Of a stretch of 64,000 bases of DNA, positions 27,103 to 37,016 are shown piece after piece; position 1 is the stretch's first letter; each line of letters opens with the position of its first letter. The stretch lies in assembly GCA_964387885.1 (NCBI GenBank), contig CAYLYZ010000005.1, positions 11,404 to 75,403 of the forward strand, read 5' to 3'. Source of the stretch: an uncultured bacterium (GTDB lineage: Bacteria; Electryoneota; AABM5-125-24; Hatepunaeales; Hatepunaeaceae). A model generated the notes under the pieces. It did not search any database. It was given only the letters and a program-made list of their open reading frames with translations, and was not told the origin of the DNA. The translations under genes were made by a program, and so were the position numbers.

Positions 27103-29346
27103 ATGAACATACAATTCCGGGTAAAGTTGTCCACTCCTGAAAAAAATACAATTCACGCCATTCTCCTTCTAATGCTGATACATGTGATATCAGCAACAAC
27201 TCTAAATGCTCAACCCCGCGACGTGTGGAGACGTTTCTATGATAATGCAAATAACGCAGACTATCTATTTGATGTCTTTGCAACTGTTGATGGAGGTTAC
27301 GCAATGTGCGGTCATACTCCCGCTGGTCAGGGAATTGAAGGTTACTGGCTTGTAGGTGTCGATGGAAACGGTGAAGAACTTTGGCAGCGAACCTATGTAA
27401 ATGAAGGATTCCAGACCATTAATAACTGGTGCTTTTCACTTATTCAGGCAGATGATGGAGGTTTCCTGTTGGGAGGAAGAGTTCGAGAAGGTAATGTGAC
27501 ACATTTTTCTGTGCTCAGAACATTACCTGACGGTGAAGTATCATGGTGGCGCGAATATGGAGGAGATGATGCATCAGGTCAATGTAGTGCTATAATTGAA
27601 CTTAAAAGTGGTGAGTTTGTGGCTGTTGGTGGAATTAATGGTTCTCAGGCGTATGCAGTGCTGCTCGATACCAATGGTGATATTCTCTGGGAAAACACAT
27701 ATCAGGGTCGATGGTTCAGTTCATTACGCGAGGTTGCTGGAGGATTACTCATCGCAGGTGGTGATAATAATAGGGATGCCTGGTTGTTGAAAACGGATTT
27801 TGAAGGTGAAGTTGTTTGGTCCAGATCATTCGGTTCCGGACGACTTTACTCCCTCATATCATGTCAGGAGGGAGGCTTTGCCGCATGCGGATACCGATCT
27901 GGAAATGGTGGAGACTGGCTTCTGATACGGGTAGATGACGAAGGAAATGAACTCTGGTCAAATACATTTGATTTCGGTGGTAATGAATGGAGTCATTGTT
28001 TAACACAGATGTGGGACAATGGATTTATATTAGTTGGCGAAAATTCAAGATATAATGCATCAATGGTTCTAAGAACCGACAATTCCGGAAACGAAATGTG
28101 GCGCAGATTGGATGGCAATGAAGAAAACAGAATGCGAGACTATAGGTCAGTAGTTGTAGGCAATGATGGATTGGCTGTAGCAGTCGGAACGGGTTATTGC
28201 GAAGAGCATGGAAATAGACCGGATGGGGTTTTAACAAAGATAGCATTACTCTTTTCACCTCCGGAGATCGTTTTTTTCAGTCCTCAAGACCTCGAATTGA
28301 ATGTCCTGCAGGGAGATTCCATACAGTTTATTGTGCATGCTGAAGATTTACAGGAAGACACATTATCCTATTTCTGGATATTAGACGAAGACACCGTTGC
28401 AACCGACACAACTACGACAATTTTCTTCGAGGAACTTGATGATCATACTGTTGATTGTTTCGTCTCTGATGGTACATTTGCAGATTCGGTTCAATGGATA
28501 GTTCACGTTGAGGAATTCTTCATTCGCAGCTTTGAACCGGATAGTCTTGAATTTGCTATCCAAAGAGGCACGGAAGTCGATTTCAGTATTGATGTGGCAG
28601 CTTTGGAGGAGATCGAAGTCGGAAACACCTGGAACTTGACACATCGCGATCAAAGGCAGGAGGAATTGGGAAATGAGGAAGCTGTTTCCGTTACCTTCGA
28701 TCAATCGGGAGGTCATCAATTGCAGGCACTTGTTACATATGAGGAAGAGAGTGATGAGGTGACATGGACAATCAACGTCCGTTCGGCAATATGGTCATGG
28801 TGGCCATCTGAACTTGAGATATCGACATATGTTGATTCAACACTTGAGTTCGTTATAACTCCTTTCAACGAAGAGTCCGATTCGCTCGAATATATCTGGT
28901 TGCTCAATGAAGAACCGCTTGGAAGCGACAGTGCATCTGTACTCGTAACATTCCCGGAGACCAGGCAGTACGAAATCACATCCATTGTCCACGACGGCAT
29001 TGAAGCTGATACAATTCGTTGGACAGTCAATGTGGAGGAGTGGTCATTCACAACGGATTTAACGGATTTAACGGATTTGCCGTCCTCTCCTGTGTTGTAT
29101 TCGGCAAGCCCAAATCCGTTTAATGCTTCAATTAAGTTGTCGATGTATTTGCCTCGGAAAAATCACGTTTTACTCTCTGTGTTTGATGTCAATGGACGAG
29201 AGGTTTCGCGGTTGATGGATGGGAATGTCCGGGTTGGAAATCAGTCGGTTGTATGGAATGCAAGTGGTTTTCCGGCAGGTGTTTACGTTGTGCGGATGGA
29301 TGTTGGAAATGTGTCGGAAATGCGGAAGGTTGTTTTAGTTCGGTAA
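27103..29346 (+). CDS. T9SS cargo paralog 1. N-terminal beta-propeller-like repeat array, two to three Ig-like domains, a TDLTDLTDL linker and a T9SS CTD.
   Basis: 747 aa. Signal peptide. About 8 repeats of the pattern GG(hydrophobic)..G......DxWL.K.D..G...W. Conserved AIIELKSGEFV. C-terminus SPNPFNASIKLSM...AGVYVVRM. Confidence 0.85.
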   Translation: MNIQFRVKLSTPEKNTIHAILLLMLIHVISATTLNAQPRDVWRRFYDNANNADYLFDVFATVDGGYAMCGHTPAGQGIEGYWLVGVDGNGEELWQRTYVNEGFQTINNWCFSLIQADDGGFLLGGRVREGNVTHFSVLRTLPDGEVSWWREYGGDDASGQCSAIIELKSGEFVAVGGINGSQAYAVLLDTNGDILWENTYQGRWFSSLREVAGGLLIAGGDNNRDAWLLKTDFEGEVVWSRSFGSGRLYSLISCQEGGFAACGYRSGNGGDWLLIRVDDEGNELWSNTFDFGGNEWSHCLTQMWDNGFILVGENSRYNASMVLRTDNSGNEMWRRLDGNEENRMRDYRSVVVGNDGLAVAVGTGYCEEHGNRPDGVLTKIALLFSPPEIVFFSPQDLELNVLQGDSIQFIVHAEDLQEDTLSYFWILDEDTVATDTTTTIFFEELDDHTVDCFVSDGTFADSVQWIVHVEEFFIRSFEPDSLEFAIQRGTEVDFSIDVAALEEIEVGNTWNLTHRDQRQEELGNEEAVSVTFDQSGGHQLQALVTYEEESDEVTWTINVRSAIWSWWPSELEISTYVDSTLEFVITPFNEESDSLEYIWLLNEEPLGSDSASVLVTFPETRQYEITSIVHDGIEADTIRWTVNVEEWSFTTDLTDLTDLPSSPVLYSASPNPFNASIKLSMYLPRKNHVLLSVFDVNGREVSRLMDGNVRVGNQSVVWNASGFPAGVYVVRMDVGNVSEMRKVVLVR

Positions 29347-29358
29347 AGTATTTTTTAC

Positions 29359-29387
29359 TTGACAGTACTGAAACAATTGCTTATATT
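29359..29387 (+). promoter_or_regulatory. Sigma70-like promoter TTGACA-N17-TATATT inside the paralog array.
   Basis: TTGACA at 29359-29364, 17-nt spacer, TATATT at 29382-29387. Same consensus occurs at 46601 and on the minus strand at 45221-45249. Confidence 0.5.
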
Positions 29388-29514
29388 TCACTTACATAAT
29401 TGAAATTATATTTACGTTTAAGATAAACCTGCTTCTTTATTTCAAAGACTTGCGAATGGATAACACAATGATATTACTTGATTTACCCCCCCCATTTTCA
29501 GAGGAGGTCTTAAA

Positions 29515-29727
29515 ATGCACACCACAAGTGACTTAGAGCCTTCAAAGGCAACCCCGACCACTCTGCTTAAAAACCAGATCCATCAAAGAACTCTGATTAA
29601 TTCAATCACCAGAAAGATCAAACTAAATCGAACATTCCGCAGGATAGATAGGGATAAATCTCTGTTCGAAATTCAATTCACCATAAAACGGAGGGAGGAT
29701 GGGCACTTGTTATGTGCCCCAACTTGA
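29515..29727 (+). CDS. Hypothetical small basic protein (70 aa) with a strong Shine-Dalgarno site.
   Basis: AGAGGAGG lies 7-8 nt upstream of the ATG. K/R-rich product. No homology recognised. Confidence 0.3.
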   Translation: MHTTSDLEPSKATPTTLLKNQIHQRTLINSITRKIKLNRTFRRIDRDKSLFEIQFTIKRREDGHLLCAPT

Positions 29728-29893
29728 AAGCTGGATGACCAGATATTTTGACAGTTAAGTAAAAAAAGTCGGACGTGCCCTAACCTTTGCAAAGAAAAGC
29801 ACGCCCGACGGGGGTTCGGTTGGACTTCTAAGAAGTCCTTCCTACACCTCCAAGGTAAGAAAGAAAAAACAAAAAAACTACTTTGGAGTTACA

Positions 29894-30253
29894 ATGAAAA
29901 GCAAGAAAATGTTGGTTTTGGTTCTGACGATTTGTCTGTTTGTTGGAGGCGTTAGTCTGGGTATTCATTTGTTGCATAAGGATGCTCATGCAGTAGCTAC
30001 CTACATAATTGATTGTTCATTTCAAGGAGGTGGGGGAGCAGAAGGTGTCGGTGTGAGAATAACCATTGACGGTGAAGGATCTTTCCAGGGTTACACTGAT
30101 GAGAATGGGCTATATACAAAGGCTATAGGCGAACCAGCAGAATGGACTTCAGAAATGATCGATACAGGATATACCCTGCGACAAGGTAGCGATCCAAATC
30201 CTGCGGAATGGTCACAACCTGGAACAGCTCTTTATATTGTTCTAGCAAACTAA
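29894..30253 (+). CDS. Small secreted protein (119 aa), possibly with a carboxypeptidase-regulatory-like beta-sandwich.
   Basis: Signal peptide MKSKKMLVLVLTICLFVGGVSLG. GVRITIDGEGSFQGYTDENGLYT motif. GGAG Shine-Dalgarno. Followed by a strong terminator. Confidence 0.55.
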   Translation: MKSKKMLVLVLTICLFVGGVSLGIHLLHKDAHAVATYIIDCSFQGGGGAEGVGVRITIDGEGSFQGYTDENGLYTKAIGEPAEWTSEMIDTGYTLRQGSDPNPAEWSQPGTALYIVLAN

Positions 30254-30277
30254 TGTTAACCTTTTAATTCTAACGAA

Positions 30278-30310
30278 CCGAACTGCAGCGAAAAGCTGCA
30301 GTTCGGTATT
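30278..30310 (+). terminator. Rho-independent terminator: CCGAACTGCAGC-gaaaa-GCTGCAGTTCGG followed by TATT.
   Basis: Perfect 12-bp stem with 5-nt loop, directly after the 29894..30253 stop. Confidence 0.7.
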
Positions 30311-30345
30311 AAATAACCCCAAGAATATTGATTTAGGAGAATTAA

Positions 30346-32580
30346 ATGAAAACTCTCAAATTCAGTTTAATTTTAATTTTTATTATTAATACTACAGCCT
30401 ATGTGCAACCCCAGAACGATTGGGTCAGAACTTATGATCTGGGGAGGGAAGATGCAATAAAGGACATTTACCGAATGCAAAATGGTGATTTGGCAACTTG
30501 CGGAGTCACGAGGGATCATTGGAACCACAATAATCTGAGCAGTCAGATTTGGTTGATGCGACTTGAAGATAATGGTAATATTATATGGTCAAATACTTAT
30601 GGAGATGAAGATATTTGTGAATCATTCTGGTCTTTGATTGAAGCCGATAATGGTGATATTTTATCAGTTGGTTTTTCATATTCAGATGATGATTATAGAA
30701 CAGCAGCTATCAGAACGGATTCTGAAGGTGAGGAGATCTGGAGGCGAACATATAATGGGATAGAATTTAACGCTATTATTGAATTAAAAAGTGGTGATTT
30801 TGTTATGTGTGGATATGATTCTGAAAATCGAAATCCTGATGGCTTATTAATTTGCATTGATGGAGATGGGGAAATACTCTGGAGAAGAATGTATGATTTT
30901 GGAGGATCTGAGTTCTTTTATTCAATGAGGGAAACGGATGGCGAAGTGGTGGTTACCGGAGATATTTCATTTGATGATTGGTCATCCGTTTGCGTGCTAA
31001 AGGTTGATGCTGAACAAGGTGATATAATCTGGTCGAGAGTGCACAGACTGGAGTCACCTGCACTCGGTCTCTCTATGGTCTCAGTGCGAGACGGAGGTTT
31101 TGCTATTACCGGTTATTCTGCTATTGGCCGTGATTCCGACTTTTTACTTCTAACGGTTGACAATCAGGGTTTTGAGGAGTGGAATCGGTCCTATGATATC
31201 GAAGGTCAAAACACTCCGGACATGTCGTATTGCATCGCACGTTTGAGTGATCAGGGATATGCTCTTGCCGGGAGTAGCAATCAGTGGACAAATGCTATTG
31301 TGCTTAAAGTTGACGCTGGAGGAGATTTAGAATGGTCTCGCAATGCCAGCGATATTATGGAAGGTCAAACAACCACCCTTTTCTCATCTGTGGTAGATTG
31401 TATTGATCGTTCAGTTCTAAGCGCAGGCAGAATAAGAGTAGAGGATGGAGATTACGATGGATTACTTGTGAAATTTGTACCGGAACGATCTGCCCCGTTA
31501 ATTATTGAATATCATCCCGATGATACTCTATTGAATGTTCTTCAGGGCGATACAATACAGTTTGATGTTTATGCAATAGATGCCCAGCGTGACTCAATGG
31601 AGTTTATCTGGACAATGGGTGAGGACACCGTATCGGTTGATACTTTTGCAGTTGTAGTGTTTGATGAGTTGGGTGAATTTTCTGTTAACTGCAATGTTTC
31701 CGATACCACCGGATTCACTGAAATAGAATGGGATGTAAATGTCCAGGAGTTTGTAATCAGGGAATTTGCTCCGGATAATCTCGACTTCGCAATCCGGAGA
31801 GGAACATCAATCGGTTTCTCCCTTGATGTCGATGCCCTTGAAGATTTGGACCTTGAGTATCTTTGGACAATAGTTCATAGAAACCAGCAACGGGAAGAAA
31901 TCGGAGAAGATAATCGCGTTTCCGTTCAATTTGATCAAGCAGGTGAGCACCAGGTTCAGGCATTAATATCAGCTCCGGAAACTTCTGAGGAGATTAACTG
32001 GACTATCAATGTCCGCTCTGCAATCTGGTCATGGTGGCCATCTGATCTTGAAATATTGGCTTATGTTGACTCGACTTATGAATTTGTTATTACGCCTTTC
32101 AATGAGAATTCGGATTCACTCGAATACTCCTGGCTGTTTAATGATGAACAATTAGAAAGCGATAGTTCTTTAACAATAATCACATTTCCAGAGGTTGGTC
32201 AGAATGAAATAACATCCATTGTCCACGACGGCATTGAAGCTGATACAATTCGTTGGACAGTCAATGTGGAGGAGTGGTCATTCACAACGGATTTAACGGA
32301 TTTAACGGATTTGCCGTCCTCTCCTGTGTTGTATTCGGCAAGCCCAAATCCGTTTAATGCTTCAATTAAGTTGTCGATGTATTTGCCTCGGAAAAATCAC
32401 GTTTTACTCTCTGTGTTTGATGTCAATGGGCGGGAGGTTTCGCGGTTAGTGGATGGAACTGTTCTGGCAGGGAATCAGTCGGTTATATGGAATGCAAGTG
32501 GTTTTCCGGCAGGGGTTTATGTTGTGCGGATGAAGGTTGGGGGAGTGTCAGAAATACGGAAGGTGGTTTTAGTTCGGTAA
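30346..32580 (+). CDS. T9SS cargo paralog 2. Same architecture as 27103..29346.
   Basis: 744 aa. AGGAGA Shine-Dalgarno. Its last ~245 nt before the divergent tail are identical to paralog 1 (32212-32457 vs 28975-29220). Confidence 0.85.
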   Translation: MKTLKFSLILIFIINTTAYVQPQNDWVRTYDLGREDAIKDIYRMQNGDLATCGVTRDHWNHNNLSSQIWLMRLEDNGNIIWSNTYGDEDICESFWSLIEADNGDILSVGFSYSDDDYRTAAIRTDSEGEEIWRRTYNGIEFNAIIELKSGDFVMCGYDSENRNPDGLLICIDGDGEILWRRMYDFGGSEFFYSMRETDGEVVVTGDISFDDWSSVCVLKVDAEQGDIIWSRVHRLESPALGLSMVSVRDGGFAITGYSAIGRDSDFLLLTVDNQGFEEWNRSYDIEGQNTPDMSYCIARLSDQGYALAGSSNQWTNAIVLKVDAGGDLEWSRNASDIMEGQTTTLFSSVVDCIDRSVLSAGRIRVEDGDYDGLLVKFVPERSAPLIIEYHPDDTLLNVLQGDTIQFDVYAIDAQRDSMEFIWTMGEDTVSVDTFAVVVFDELGEFSVNCNVSDTTGFTEIEWDVNVQEFVIREFAPDNLDFAIRRGTSIGFSLDVDALEDLDLEYLWTIVHRNQQREEIGEDNRVSVQFDQAGEHQVQALISAPETSEEINWTINVRSAIWSWWPSDLEILAYVDSTYEFVITPFNENSDSLEYSWLFNDEQLESDSSLTIITFPEVGQNEITSIVHDGIEADTIRWTVNVEEWSFTTDLTDLTDLPSSPVLYSASPNPFNASIKLSMYLPRKNHVLLSVFDVNGREVSRLVDGTVLAGNQSVIWNASGFPAGVYVVRMKVGGVSEIRKVVLVR

Positions 32581-32654
32581 GGAAAGACAACCTTTTGTTG
32601 AGTGTGGATTCCCAACGATAATCAATTAAATATCTTAGAACACAAAGGGGAAAA

Positions 32655-34901
32655 ATGAGACTATTTACTCTGTTGATTCTTAGCTCGTTTCTTGTTTCAT
32701 CTGTCGCTTATACCCAACCCAATGTGGATTGGATTCATACTTATGATACAGGTCGAAAGGAAAGCTTTTGTGACATTTTTACCGTTCCGAATGATGGGTA
32801 CATAATGTGTGGTAGAGCGTTTAATCAGGAACCCACGGATAACAGTGTAGATATGCTAATCGTAAGAATTGACGATGATGGAAATCAACAATGGCATACC
32901 AACATAGGCTTCGAAAATTCAGTTGATGTATTATTTAGTGTAATCAACACTGACCTTGGATCATTTATGTGTGGTGGAAAAGCAGAACCATTTCCTGTAG
33001 AAGATAATGTCAGTCAAACTATTGCAGTTCATTTGGATGCTGACGGGGAGCAAATCTGGCTGAATCGTTTTGCTCAGGGTGAAATTCATGCCGTTATAGA
33101 ATTGAAAAGTGGTGAATTTATTGGCGCAGGATGGTCAAATAGACGAGGATATCTTGTATGTTTTGATATTGATGGTAATGTGATATGGGAAAACCTCTAC
33201 GGAAATAGAAATTCTCAATATTTTTATACAATGAGAGAGACACAGGGAGGTATAGTTGTCGGTGGTAGGTCAAATAGAGCGGCATGGGTAGTGAAAGTAA
33301 GTTTCAATGGAGAACTGATTTGGTCCAGAGAACATCAATTGGAACAATTCAATTGGTTGATTAATATGACCTCATCGAGAGAGGGTGGGTTCGCTTTTTC
33401 AGGTCATTCCTTGTTAAGTGAAGGAAGAGGACTCCATTTATTATTGATGAAAGTTGATGATAACGGGGATTTAGAATGGCACAGAATACATCAATTCGAC
33501 CAGGACCATGTATATGAAACTGGTCCTGGATTAACTCAGATGAATGAAAATGGCTTTACTATAGTTGGACGATACGCTGGGGGAAATTGGAATCAACCAT
33601 CTCACCCTTATGCCGTACGGGTGAATTCTCAGGGAGCAGAACGTTGGAGAGTGATTTATGATATGGAGGATTTCGAGTCGCTAAATAATATTAATGGTGA
33701 GTTTTGGCATGTTACGGCAGCAAATGATGGTTCACTCATTGCTGCTGGACAAGTGCATCATCTGGATGAATCTGAAAATGGATTGGTGATGAAACTTGAA
33801 CCGGACATTTTAGAACCAATGTTTCTCCATTGGGAACCGGAAGATACCTTGCTCGAAGTACTTGAGGGTGACACTATCAACTTCCTTGTGCGTGCAGTTG
33901 ATCAACAGGGTGATGAAATGAGTTATTTGTGGATCATGGGTGAGGATACTCTTTCGACTGACTCAACCACCACCGTAATATTCGATGAAATGGGCGAGTT
34001 TGAGGTACAATGTCAGGTTTCAGATGGTGAGTTCACATCTGCAATTACTTGGTATATTACAGTCGATGATTTTGTCATCCGAGATTATTCTCCGGATGAA
34101 ACCGAACTGGCTGTCAGACGTGGTTTAGAGTTAGAGTTCAGTCTCGTAGCTGAAGCTCTTGCTGAACCAGAAATAACTTACGAATGGCTGTTATTCGACA
34201 GAAACAACCAGCGTCAGGAACTCGGAAATGAGCAGGGAATAACCACACATTTTGAAATGACCGGTGTTCACCGGCTGGAGGGATGGGCTTTGCACGGAGA
34301 AGATGCGAAGTCAGTTGTATGGACAATTGAAGCGCATTCCATCGTCTGGTGGTGGTGGCCTCATGAATTTGAACTGTCTGTCCGGCAGGACACAACGATG
34401 GTTTTCGAGGTTTTTCCTTTCAATGAAGAATCCGATTCTCTTGAATATGCATGGTATCTCAACAACGAAGCTTTAGACTGTGACACTTCTCTTATTGAAA
34501 TCTCCTTCCCAGAGATTGGTACCTGCGAGATCACAGCCCATGCCCAGGAAGGAATCGAAGCTGACACCATAAGATGGACTGTGGAGGTTATTGAACGGTC
34601 ATTCACAACGGATGAAACAGATTTAACGGATTTACCGACTTCACCGGTGCTATATCCGGCAACTCCTAATCCGTTTAATTCTTCGGTTAAGTTGTCGATG
34701 TGTTTGCCTCATGCGGATCGTGTTTTGCTCGCGGTGTTCGATGTTAATGGACGAGAGGTTTCGCGATTGGTGGATTGGAATGTCGGGGCGGGAAATCAAT
34801 CGTTTGTATGGAATGCAAGTGGTTTTCCGGCAGGTGTTTATGTGGTGAGGATGGATGTTGGGGATGTGTCGGAAATTCGGAAGGTTGTTTTAGTTCGATA
34901 A
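32655..34901 (+). CDS. T9SS cargo paralog 3, more diverged. Same architecture.
   Basis: 748 aa. HAVIELKSGEFIGAGW. Ig-like LLEVLEGDTINFLVRAVDQQGDEMSYLWIMGEDTL. C-terminus TPNPFNSSVKLSM...AGVYVVRM. Confidence 0.85.
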   Translation: MRLFTLLILSSFLVSSVAYTQPNVDWIHTYDTGRKESFCDIFTVPNDGYIMCGRAFNQEPTDNSVDMLIVRIDDDGNQQWHTNIGFENSVDVLFSVINTDLGSFMCGGKAEPFPVEDNVSQTIAVHLDADGEQIWLNRFAQGEIHAVIELKSGEFIGAGWSNRRGYLVCFDIDGNVIWENLYGNRNSQYFYTMRETQGGIVVGGRSNRAAWVVKVSFNGELIWSREHQLEQFNWLINMTSSREGGFAFSGHSLLSEGRGLHLLLMKVDDNGDLEWHRIHQFDQDHVYETGPGLTQMNENGFTIVGRYAGGNWNQPSHPYAVRVNSQGAERWRVIYDMEDFESLNNINGEFWHVTAANDGSLIAAGQVHHLDESENGLVMKLEPDILEPMFLHWEPEDTLLEVLEGDTINFLVRAVDQQGDEMSYLWIMGEDTLSTDSTTTVIFDEMGEFEVQCQVSDGEFTSAITWYITVDDFVIRDYSPDETELAVRRGLELEFSLVAEALAEPEITYEWLLFDRNNQRQELGNEQGITTHFEMTGVHRLEGWALHGEDAKSVVWTIEAHSIVWWWWPHEFELSVRQDTTMVFEVFPFNEESDSLEYAWYLNNEALDCDTSLIEISFPEIGTCEITAHAQEGIEADTIRWTVEVIERSFTTDETDLTDLPTSPVLYPATPNPFNSSVKLSMCLPHADRVLLAVFDVNGREVSRLVDWNVGAGNQSFVWNASGFPAGVYVVRMDVGDVSEIRKVVLVR

Positions 34902-34925
34902 GAAACATAATCCCCAACATCGTAC

Positions 34926-34945
34926 GGGCACGGCGCGCCGTGCCC
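34926..34945 (+). terminator. GC-rich perfect palindrome GGGCACGGCGCGCCGTGCCC, 25 nt after the paralog 3 stop.
   Basis: 20-bp self-complementary sequence. The downstream T-tract is weak. Confidence 0.5.
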
Positions 34946-35055
34946 TTCTGGTTCAGGCGATTCAATATGATTCTTACACGGAAAACCCTGTAACAATCAA
35001 ACAGGGGTACTACACGCTGTGCCGGCACAATTACAGTAAAATGGAGAAAACTGAT

Positions 35056-35089
35056 ATAAAAAAATCCCCGGGCAATGAATAGCCCGGGG
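35056..35089 (-). terminator. Rho-independent terminator of lepB on the minus strand: GCCCCGGGC-tattcatt-GCCCGGGG followed by TTTTTTTATAT.
   Basis: Plus-strand sequence aaaaaaatCCCCGGGCaatgaataGCCCGGGG. The hairpin plus T-run is on the minus strand. Confidence 0.65.
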
Positions 35090-35150
35090 CACACACCTTC
35101 CTGTTCCTCAAGCAGGGACGCTTGAGCTACTTGAATAGATTTCCGAGGAG

Positions 35151-35975
35151 CTACCTTATTAAATTCCCGATCCTGTCCCAGCGGATTTTCTTGTGGAGTT
35201 TGTTGAAAGGCATGTATTTATCATGTGAGAAGTAGATAACTAATGCCTTTCCTATTACTTTTTCACGCGGCAGGAAACCCCAGTAGCGGCTGTCCTGAGA
35301 ATTGTCCCGGTTATCCCCCATTACAAACAGGTGCCCTTCAGGTACGGTAACAGGACCATAGTTATCCTTGTTTCGTCGTGTCAGATTTGTAGGATATATC
35401 TGCGGATCTACACTGGCGGCAGGCATTGTAAGTGAGCTGATAAACTTTGAATGAGGTGGATTCTCAAAAAGCACTCCATCAATGTAAACCTGCTTATCGC
35501 GAATCTCAACCGTTTGCCCTTCTACAGCAATTAGACGTTTTATATACGACAAATTCGGATCCCGAGGATACCGGAACACGATTATATCACCGGGTTCAGG
35601 TTCTTTAAAAGAAGGCAAACGGAAAAACGGAACGAAAAATCCAACTCTTGTAAAGGGGATTCCGATCCAATCAGGTGACCGAACTCCGTAAACAAATTTG
35701 TTAACAAGGAGAAAATCCCCAACCAACATTGTGTCTTCCATGCTGCTTGTAGGAATCCTGAAGGCTTCGACCACTCCCAGTCGGATGAAGAATACAACTA
35801 CGATAATTGAAACAACAAGCTCCCCCCATTCGCGAACCGGATTCTGCTTCAGCATTTTCCGATGTTCGGTACGCCAATCTACATATTTTTTCCAGAGTGA
35901 TCTATTGTCGCTCTCTTCAGGTGTGACTTCTCTGCCTTTTCCTGCCGGATGAACCGGTTTCTCCTCGTATCCCAC
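35151..35975 (-). CDS. lepB: Signal peptidase I (GTG start).
   Basis: 274 aa. SSMEDTMLVGDFLLVNKF is the catalytic Ser box. IKRLIAVEGQTVE is the Lys box. GDNRDNSQDSRYWGFLP is box E. Confidence 0.85.
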   Translation of the reverse strand: MGYEEKPVHPAGKGREVTPEESDNRSLWKKYVDWRTEHRKMLKQNPVREWGELVVSIIVVVFFIRLGVVEAFRIPTSSMEDTMLVGDFLLVNKFVYGVRSPDWIGIPFTRVGFFVPFFRLPSFKEPEPGDIIVFRYPRDPNLSYIKRLIAVEGQTVEIRDKQVYIDGVLFENPPHSKFISSLTMPAASVDPQIYPTNLTRRNKDNYGPVTVPEGHLFVMGDNRDNSQDSRYWGFLPREKVIGKALVIYFSHDKYMPFNKLHKKIRWDRIGNLIR

Positions 35976-36084
35976 TTTTTATCCTGTCAAATATTAAGTT
36001 GAAATAACACTGTGTATATATTACGATTAAATCTCGTGAAAGTTCCGATGATTTCAGGAGCGCGTTAGATTTGCATGATTACCT

Positions 36085-36846
36085 TCACGGCTCCCTGATC
36101 GCCTCGACAAACACCCAGACCTGTTTGTTTTCCTTATCGAGGGCACGACCAACTGTCCTGAAATTTGCAATTCTGACATCTGTTTTATTGACTGTAACAT
36201 CCACCATTTGAGCATCCATTTTCTGCCGGTAATGGTTGACTTCGCTGTGAATTGAATATGCTGCTTCTACCCGCGCAGCACGCTCAGCTTCCAACCAACT
36301 AAGATTTTGATAATATGAAGTCCTGCATGTTCCGGAGCCACAAGCGATAAAGTCACTGTCCTCAATACATTTTCTCGCTTCCTGAACTGTAGGTGAATGT
36401 GCAAGCTCTTTGTCTAAATTCACAGGATCTGTCGCAACTAAAACTGCAACAAATTTACCGCGATGGACAGAATCTAAGTGAGTAACACTATTAGCAAAGC
36501 TCTCCAATCCGGATTCGTCAATCCTGAAATCAGCGATTTCTCCCAATGAGAAGGTTCCCGTTGATCCGGAACCTTGGGCTCGTTCACCCTTGACTCTGCA
36601 TCCGTGATCTATATACAAGCGTCTGATAGCATCACTGAACGCTTCCTCATAACTGGATTCCATGTTACGAACATAACTCTGAGCAAATCCAACGGCAAAT
36701 CTTATCCCATCAACCTCCGGTGTTTCCCAGAACCAGCGAGGCATTAATTGGTCTTCTCCCCCAAATGCAATACTAACAGAAACCAGAGTTACTGAGAGAA
36801 TCAAAATTATTCTATAAACCGGATGCAAATTTTGACGGAAATTCAA
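36085..36846 (-). CDS. Secreted LPP20-like domain protein with a signal peptide and no lipobox.
   Basis: 253 aa. MPRWFWETPEVDGIRFAVGFAQS...YEEAFSDAIRRL fits the Lpp20/FlgP-like pattern (P.W...G.G....A...A...L). Confidence 0.55.
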   Translation of the reverse strand: MNFRQNLHPVYRIILILSVTLVSVSIAFGGEDQLMPRWFWETPEVDGIRFAVGFAQSYVRNMESSYEEAFSDAIRRLYIDHGCRVKGERAQGSGSTGTFSLGEIADFRIDESGLESFANSVTHLDSVHRGKFVAVLVATDPVNLDKELAHSPTVQEARKCIEDSDFIACGSGTCRTSYYQNLSWLEAERAARVEAAYSIHSEVNHYRQKMDAQMVDVTVNKTDVRIANFRTVGRALDKENKQVWVFVEAIREP

Positions 36847-36881
36847 GTCTAATCCTTTAGAACAGCTTCAGTAAATAAATA

Positions 36882-36995
36882 GAAGGGGAAGTACATGTTG
36901 TATTTCCCCTTCTTAAATCATTCGTAACCAGAATGGGACGGATAGTTATTTAATCGCTCCCTGATTATCGGGGAGGACGAGTATACCTACTCGTC
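36882..36995 (-). other. Intra-operon intergenic region with consecutive perfect hairpins: GAAGGGGAA-N13-TTCCCCTTC and GACGAGTA-tacc-TACTCGTC. Each is followed by TCTTAAATC on the plus strand.
   Basis: Seen directly. Lies between the 36085..36846 start and the 37101..37679 stop. Confidence 0.5.
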
Positions 36996-37016
36996 TTTCT
37001 TAAATCCTATTCCTTT

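Noticed and set aside
29740-29830. Possible riboswitch or ncRNA between the two small ORFs
   Set aside because: Only two simple hairpins without recognisable conserved riboswitch cores. Kept as part of the inter-paralog module finding instead.
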